Below, one piece after another: positions 59,470 to 64,000 of a stretch of 64,000 nucleotides of DNA (position 1 is its first letter; every line of letters starts with the position of its first letter). The stretch lies in the sequence record NC_061448.1. One strand, 5' to 3'. Under the pieces are notes generated by a model that saw only the letters and a program-made list of their open reading frames with translations, did not search any database and was not told where the DNA came from. The position numbers and the translations under genes were made by a program.

Positions 59470-59742
59470 GATGGGTAGCTAGTATTGGGAGATTCTAGCT
59501 ACTCGAAACATAACAGGAGGGTAGCGTAGCGGTAGCACAGCAAACCAAATCGGAAACTCAAGGGTAAAATAAACCGAGCCTAAACGGCCAACTCTGGCGA
59601 GGCATTCTCTGGGAGAGCCCCTCGACCTATACTATAATCGACCCAAGTAATACTAATATGCTTATGCAACATTGGTATTCGAAGTGTCGCTAGGACTAGC
59701 AACAACGGTCCTCAACTCTTAATGAAGTTTGGAAATCCATAG
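59470..59742 (+). ncRNA. Candidate structured RNA or long leader (about 270 nt)
   Basis: Hairpins GGGTAGCTAG/CTAGCTACTC, CGAGG/CCTCG with CTCT/AGAG, AATACTAAT/ATTGGTATT, AGGAC/GTCCT; no credible ORF. Confidence 0.4.
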
Positions 59743-61017
59743 ATGAAAAATCAGGTAAGCAACCTTAAAGCTGGGTTAGAGCAAGTCATCGGCAAACTGA
59801 CTACGCTCCGTTCGGGTATCAATCTCAAACGCCAGCACGTTGTTGATTCATTAGGTCAGCCTTCCTCTGTTTTAGCTGACTTGACCAAGGCATTAAAGAG
59901 TAATACCTATAAGTCCTACCCCGATGTACTGCAACTGCGTGATTCTGTCCGCGCAACTTGCACCACCTGCCTCAGCCTGTCAGAACAAGTGGTTGCCAAA
60001 CGCATCAAGCCACGCGATCTGATGGAAAAGCTCGGTGAAATTGTGAAGTCGTTCGAAGCTGACGTATCGTTAGCTCAATCGTGCTTGGGTTACCTGCCTG
60101 AGTCACGTAAAAATGTTTCCCTTGATGACATACCGGAAGGTGTTGAAGGCAAGGCTCGTCTTGAAGCCGCGCAGAACATTGACCGCGAGATGTACGAGCA
60201 AGAAGCAAACGACAAAGCTGTACGACGTGAGCAACGCGAAGACGCAGCGACTGCGAAAACCAGTCGTGTGCTCAAGCGACTCAAAGACGCGTATAGCCAC
60301 AAGGTACCGAGAACGTTCAAACACTCTATTCAGATAGTTCAACTTCCTGTGATGGCTCGATTCGGTACACTCGCCATGAGTCCTGAATCGTTATCGCGCA
60401 TGGGATTCAAAATCGAAACCGCCGGACTGCATTCAACCCCCAGCTCCGATCTCGGTATCATTTTCGAAAACCAGCTTCTGTTGTTCTTTCGCATGTCAGA
60501 CGCGAAGGGCGTAGCAGAAGAAGCCGTGAAAGATCACAAGATGCTTGATGGGACCCTCGTCGAACGCAAACGCCTCCAGAAAGAACGCAACACAGAACGC
60601 CGCGACCTCAAGAAGCTCAATCATCTTTTGGAGGAAGCAAAGTCGCTGAAAGCTCGTCGTGCGCTGCGCGAACAAATCGCAGATGCAGAGACAACAATCA
60701 ACGACATTACAGCGAAGCTGGATGCAATGGAAAGCAAGGTTCGTCTGAGCAATTCCAAAGAGCGCGTGTATCGTCAGATGAAAACATCGAACGATCATGC
60801 AATGCTTGACTATCTCAACCCCATTGTCGATATGCTCAACGAGAAAAGCAGTAGCACTCTCGGTCTGTTCACCACGATGCCGTTACGTGGCGTGATGAAA
60901 GACAGCGATGTGCATTGTGCTTGGCTTATGGAGAAATCAGCTATCAACCTCTTGCTGCGCCATACAGGTGGCGACGTGAAGTTGCAGAACTGGTTCCTTC
61001 CGTGGACTAATGGCTAA
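59743..61017 (+). CDS. Hypothetical coiled-coil-rich protein (424 aa)
   Basis: Long ORF; helical hairpin insert. Confidence 0.8.
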   Translation: MKNQVSNLKAGLEQVIGKLTTLRSGINLKRQHVVDSLGQPSSVLADLTKALKSNTYKSYPDVLQLRDSVRATCTTCLSLSEQVVAKRIKPRDLMEKLGEIVKSFEADVSLAQSCLGYLPESRKNVSLDDIPEGVEGKARLEAAQNIDREMYEQEANDKAVRREQREDAATAKTSRVLKRLKDAYSHKVPRTFKHSIQIVQLPVMARFGTLAMSPESLSRMGFKIETAGLHSTPSSDLGIIFENQLLLFFRMSDAKGVAEEAVKDHKMLDGTLVERKRLQKERNTERRDLKKLNHLLEEAKSLKARRALREQIADAETTINDITAKLDAMESKVRLSNSKERVYRQMKTSNDHAMLDYLNPIVDMLNEKSSSTLGLFTTMPLRGVMKDSDVHCAWLMEKSAINLLLRHTGGDVKLQNWFLPWTNG

Positions 61018-61552
61018 CAACGAAAACCGATTACCGGCGGCGACGAAAGGTGATTTGACACAGTGCATCATCTGCGGTAAGTTTAGCAGAGCGATTCACT
61101 ATCACCATACCGTACCCCGCTCACTGGGAGGCGAGCTTTCGCTTCAAATCCCAATAGACGGTGACTGCCACACAACGCTTCACGCAAAAGCAGAAGCAGT
61201 GGTAGCGAAGTTAGCAGGAAACCGTAAGCAACCGCTCGGCACGTTTTGGGATGACCCCGAAACCGAAGAGCGAGCACAAACATGGCTAAGCATTCTGGTA
61301 GATGCGATGCTCAACCCACCGGTACAGCCTGGACAGAAAGAAGTGCTGTTGCCGATGATCAAGGTTGACATGGAAACCAGACATGCACTCGAACTCTTGA
61401 AGCGTGATACGCCTGGCATTACTAATATGAGCCAAGTGTTACGCCTCTGCATTGAGACAACATTAAAGACAAAGGGGTTAAAAAATGGCGAATCAAAAAG
61501 TACGCACTCTGGACATCAAAGCACTCGTAAAAAGCGAACTGACCTGTGGTGA
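61010..61552 (+). CDS. HNH-like zinc-finger domain fused to a putative ribbon-helix-helix domain
   Basis: CIICG...HYHHTVPRSLGG...DGDCHTTLH; IKVDMETRHALELLKRD...NMSQVLRLCIE. Confidence 0.65.
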   Translation: MANNENRLPAATKGDLTQCIICGKFSRAIHYHHTVPRSLGGELSLQIPIDGDCHTTLHAKAEAVVAKLAGNRKQPLGTFWDDPETEERAQTWLSILVDAMLNPPVQPGQKEVLLPMIKVDMETRHALELLKRDTPGITNMSQVLRLCIETTLKTKGLKNGESKSTHSGHQSTRKKRTDLW

Positions 61553-62357
61553 CTGCCGCGGTCTGACTCGTGATGCTCTGTTGCCTACTGCCGAAAAACC
61601 GTGTGCAACACAAGGTCAGTTAGCAGATTCTAAGATCTGCAAACACTATCGCTCTGACAGCCAATCGCTGACTGAGCTGATGACCGAACACGGTGATACG
61701 CTGGTTGCTCTGTTCAACACGTTCCGTAAGATGTCGGATAAAGACCTGCGCGTTGTTGCTGGTATGCTGTTATCTGAATCTAAAACACGTCGTCATGGCG
61801 TGAAGATGGGACAAGCTGTATTTGTACGTTATCGTGGCCGTGAGACTCGCAACTACATGAACAACTTCATGGCAGCGCGTGTTCTCGACGTAGACGCAGA
61901 TTCGATTCGCCTTATTTCCGAGAAAGGTGATATTGTTCTGACGTATGCGAACACCGGCTTCAATGGTCCGTCCGTATATACGAAGAAGCAGTTTGCTAAG
62001 TTACGCACAGAGATGATCAAAGCTGGTAAGTTGATCGACCCTGAGCAAGAGATCAAAACCGTTAAGCGTAATCTTCCGCAGGAAGACAACGTTAACTTCT
62101 CCGCACCAAGTTCACTCGATGGCTTCTCAATTCCTCTGATGGAAGATGTGACGAAAGGCCGTGGCGGTAAGCGTAAAGGTCGTAAGACTCAGACGCTGGT
62201 GGATATTGTGTCGATGATCGAGAACGGTCATGACATGGGTGCAGAGCAAGACGAGTCTGGTGTAATGAGCCTCGGCGGTAACAGCTACAAGTCGAAAGAT
62301 AAGAAGAAGAAACTCCGTGTCGGTAAGAACGGCGTTGTCGAACTCGGCGACCTGTAA
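61485..62357 (+). CDS. Hypothetical protein with N-terminal Cys cluster and basic/acidic tail (290 aa)
   Basis: CGDC...C...C; SD AAGGGG. Confidence 0.8.
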   Translation: MANQKVRTLDIKALVKSELTCGDCRGLTRDALLPTAEKPCATQGQLADSKICKHYRSDSQSLTELMTEHGDTLVALFNTFRKMSDKDLRVVAGMLLSESKTRRHGVKMGQAVFVRYRGRETRNYMNNFMAARVLDVDADSIRLISEKGDIVLTYANTGFNGPSVYTKKQFAKLRTEMIKAGKLIDPEQEIKTVKRNLPQEDNVNFSAPSSLDGFSIPLMEDVTKGRGGKRKGRKTQTLVDIVSMIENGHDMGAEQDESGVMSLGGNSYKSKDKKKKLRVGKNGVVELGDL

Positions 62358-62409
62358 TTAAGATCTAAGCACAGCATACTTCAACTATACGAACAGGATC
62401 TCGGAAAAA

Positions 62410-63549
62410 ATGATCACAGAAGAATTAGGTCTTAATGCTTATCTGGCACAGCGTCTGGGAATTGAGGAATCCTCAGAAGCGTTCCAACGAGTATACGCTG
62501 CAACGATTCGTTATATTGGCAGCGGGTATAAGTCTATCGCGGGTTATCACCGCGACTTGCAAGCAGCCGTGGATTTTAAGCAGTTCGAATTTACTGCCCC
62601 GGACTTGCGAATTGAACTGTCTTCGATTTGTCGTTTCACTTTGAAGATGCGTTTCTTTGTTCTTGCGGTGTGTTTGCACAAAGCACCGAAAGATATTATT
62701 CAGCAATACGCAGCATACGGTCTGTCAAAGCGTGAAGCAGTGTTAGCGTGGAATCTGATTCTCAAGCACGACACGCAGCGCACACAGATTCGTCGTTGTG
62801 CGAAAGCGCGAGCGAAAACTAAAGGTGGTCTGGATATCACTATGGTTAGTAGCAAAGAGTTGCGCTTACGCCTCGATCAAACAGCAAGCCTGTTCGGTGA
62901 AATCCACCGCAGCGCGAAGCGTTTATGTCGTAAGAATTTGCAGTGGGTGTCAGTGAGCCACAACATACCGATGGCTGACCTGACGTGTGACATTATGTGC
63001 AAGGTGCTGCTGTCGTATTATCAATCCTTGCCTAACCGCTTTAGCGAGGGCCACCAGCTCAACTATCTTCGTGCGTCACTGACGAACCGCATTAACAACA
63101 TGAACAACTACTACGGCGCTGAGAAGCGCAAGCGTATGAAGAAAGTGGGCGAAGACAAGTATGAGATTGTCGTTATGTCTGACAACCAGATGTGGCACAA
63201 TCCAGAAGACGATAGCTCCAACTCTTACGAGGACATGTTGGGTGAGGATGCTCGCGTACACACCGAGCAGATGGAAAACAATCTGACCATCAATCGTCTG
63301 CTTGAAGATGCAGAAGGAACGAAGCGCCACAAACTGTACCAAACGGTGCTCGGCCGGGATTGTGCTGAGTTCACCGAATATCTGCGTGAGAACGGAATGC
63401 TGAAACAGACAATGACATGTGCCACCCAGTGGATCATGGCAAAGCCTACTAAGTTCATACGCAAGACTCTGGCGAAGTGGCTAGAGGTTAGCGTTGACGC
63501 TGTAACAGGCGGTCTGGAAACATTACGTGGTTCATTACAGGTAGCATGA
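62410..63549 (+). CDS. Putative phage RNA polymerase sigma-like factor (379 aa)
   Basis: MADLTCDIMCKVLLSYY...LNYLRASLTNRINNMNNYYGAEKRK resembles sigma region 2 of ECF/phage sigmas; helical C-terminus. Confidence 0.5.
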   Translation: MITEELGLNAYLAQRLGIEESSEAFQRVYAATIRYIGSGYKSIAGYHRDLQAAVDFKQFEFTAPDLRIELSSICRFTLKMRFFVLAVCLHKAPKDIIQQYAAYGLSKREAVLAWNLILKHDTQRTQIRRCAKARAKTKGGLDITMVSSKELRLRLDQTASLFGEIHRSAKRLCRKNLQWVSVSHNIPMADLTCDIMCKVLLSYYQSLPNRFSEGHQLNYLRASLTNRINNMNNYYGAEKRKRMKKVGEDKYEIVVMSDNQMWHNPEDDSSNSYEDMLGEDARVHTEQMENNLTINRLLEDAEGTKRHKLYQTVLGRDCAEFTEYLRENGMLKQTMTCATQWIMAKPTKFIRKTLAKWLEVSVDAVTGGLETLRGSLQVA

Positions 63550-63938
63550 GGGGTCACCATATAGTTATGCAAGCACTAATCATTAACACTGACGTAGAGC
63601 GTTGTGCTCTCGCCCTGTTCACTCGTCCGCAGTTAGACGAGGACTATAAGCGTACCGTGTTGTACCTCGTGTATAAGACTGTAAATCGTAATGGCATGAT
63701 GCAAGTCAATCGTCTGGTGTTCGAACTCAGCCAGAAGTATGGACTGAACAAAGAAGATGTGAAGTCTGCTATCAGTGCGCTCAAAGCACCTGCGGCATTC
63801 AACTCGCTTTCTGTGTTCGTGCCTCGTGCAGATCTAAAAGCAAACCGCGTATGTCGTGTCAACTCAAACGAAGCGATTGAAAACTGGATCGCAGAAGTAG
63901 AATCGACTCGACCTCATATCACTCGCTTGTTGCAGTAG
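63546..63938 (+). CDS. Hypothetical helical protein (start may be 63567)
   Basis: ATGA coupling. Confidence 0.75.
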   Translation: MRGHHIVMQALIINTDVERCALALFTRPQLDEDYKRTVLYLVYKTVNRNGMMQVNRLVFELSQKYGLNKEDVKSAISALKAPAAFNSLSVFVPRADLKANRVCRVNSNEAIENWIAEVESTRPHITRLLQ

Positions 63939-63946
63939 GGGCGTCA

Positions 63947-64000
63947 ATGGAAATGTTTTCGCTTGGCCTTGAAGTTCGGGCCATTCGAACAGTAACGAAC
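63947..64000 (+). CDS. 5' end of an ORF running off the window
   Basis: SD AGGGG, ATG 63947, open to the end. Confidence 0.6.
   Translation, partial: MEMFSLGLEVRAIRTVTN

Noticed and set aside
59530-59590. Resemblance to a c-di-GMP-I (GEMM) riboswitch (ACAGCAAACC...GAAA...GGG...GCCTAAAC)
   Set aside because: The bases flanking GAAA do not pair to form the required stem, so the similarity is word-level only.
1-64000. Stop-codon reassignment or alternative genetic code
   Set aside because: Known genes (recA, gyrA/B, dut, uvsE, kptA) are full length in the standard code, and ORFs tile the + strand densely.

Overview
The whole 64 kb reads as one co-directional (+ strand) segment of a large lytic phage genome. 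It is most likely a jumbo myovirus of enterobacterial or plant-associated hosts; an Erwinia/Dickeya Y3-/Alexandra-like 'hairy' jumbo phage is my inference from gene content, not a database result. Recognisable genes are an intein-containing RecA/UvsX recombinase, an AcrVA2-like protein, a NADAR-like protein, a GNAT-fold protein, KptA/Tpt1, an orphan radical SAM enzyme, a YbiI (DksA/TraR C4 finger) homologue, UvsE UV endonuclease, dUTPase, a membrane-anchored lytic transglycosylase, an HD phosphohydrolase, a two-subunit type IIA topoisomerase (GyrB-/GyrA-like), an HNH-RHH protein and a sigma-factor-like protein, among about 80 hypothetical ORFs. No tRNA, rRNA or CRISPR array was found. The most striking unexplained structure is: (1) 12 copies of a promoter with a conserved CTGGAC(A/G)AAAT box 31-33 nt upstream of an extended -10; (2) at least nine ribosome-binding sites whose GAGG core sits in a tetraloop closed by covarying stems; (3) a 41.5-55.6 kb cluster of extremely acidic and histone-H1-like basic proteins that share a small helix-loop-helix module with several other ORFs, alongside Lys/Ala-rich tails on RecA and both topoisomerase subunits, a candidate charge-driven phage chromatin or condensate system; (4) several structured leaders, including a tandem RNA operator, a pseudoknot and RNase III-like cassettes. 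All homology calls are from motif recognition by eye and need HMM or structure searches.
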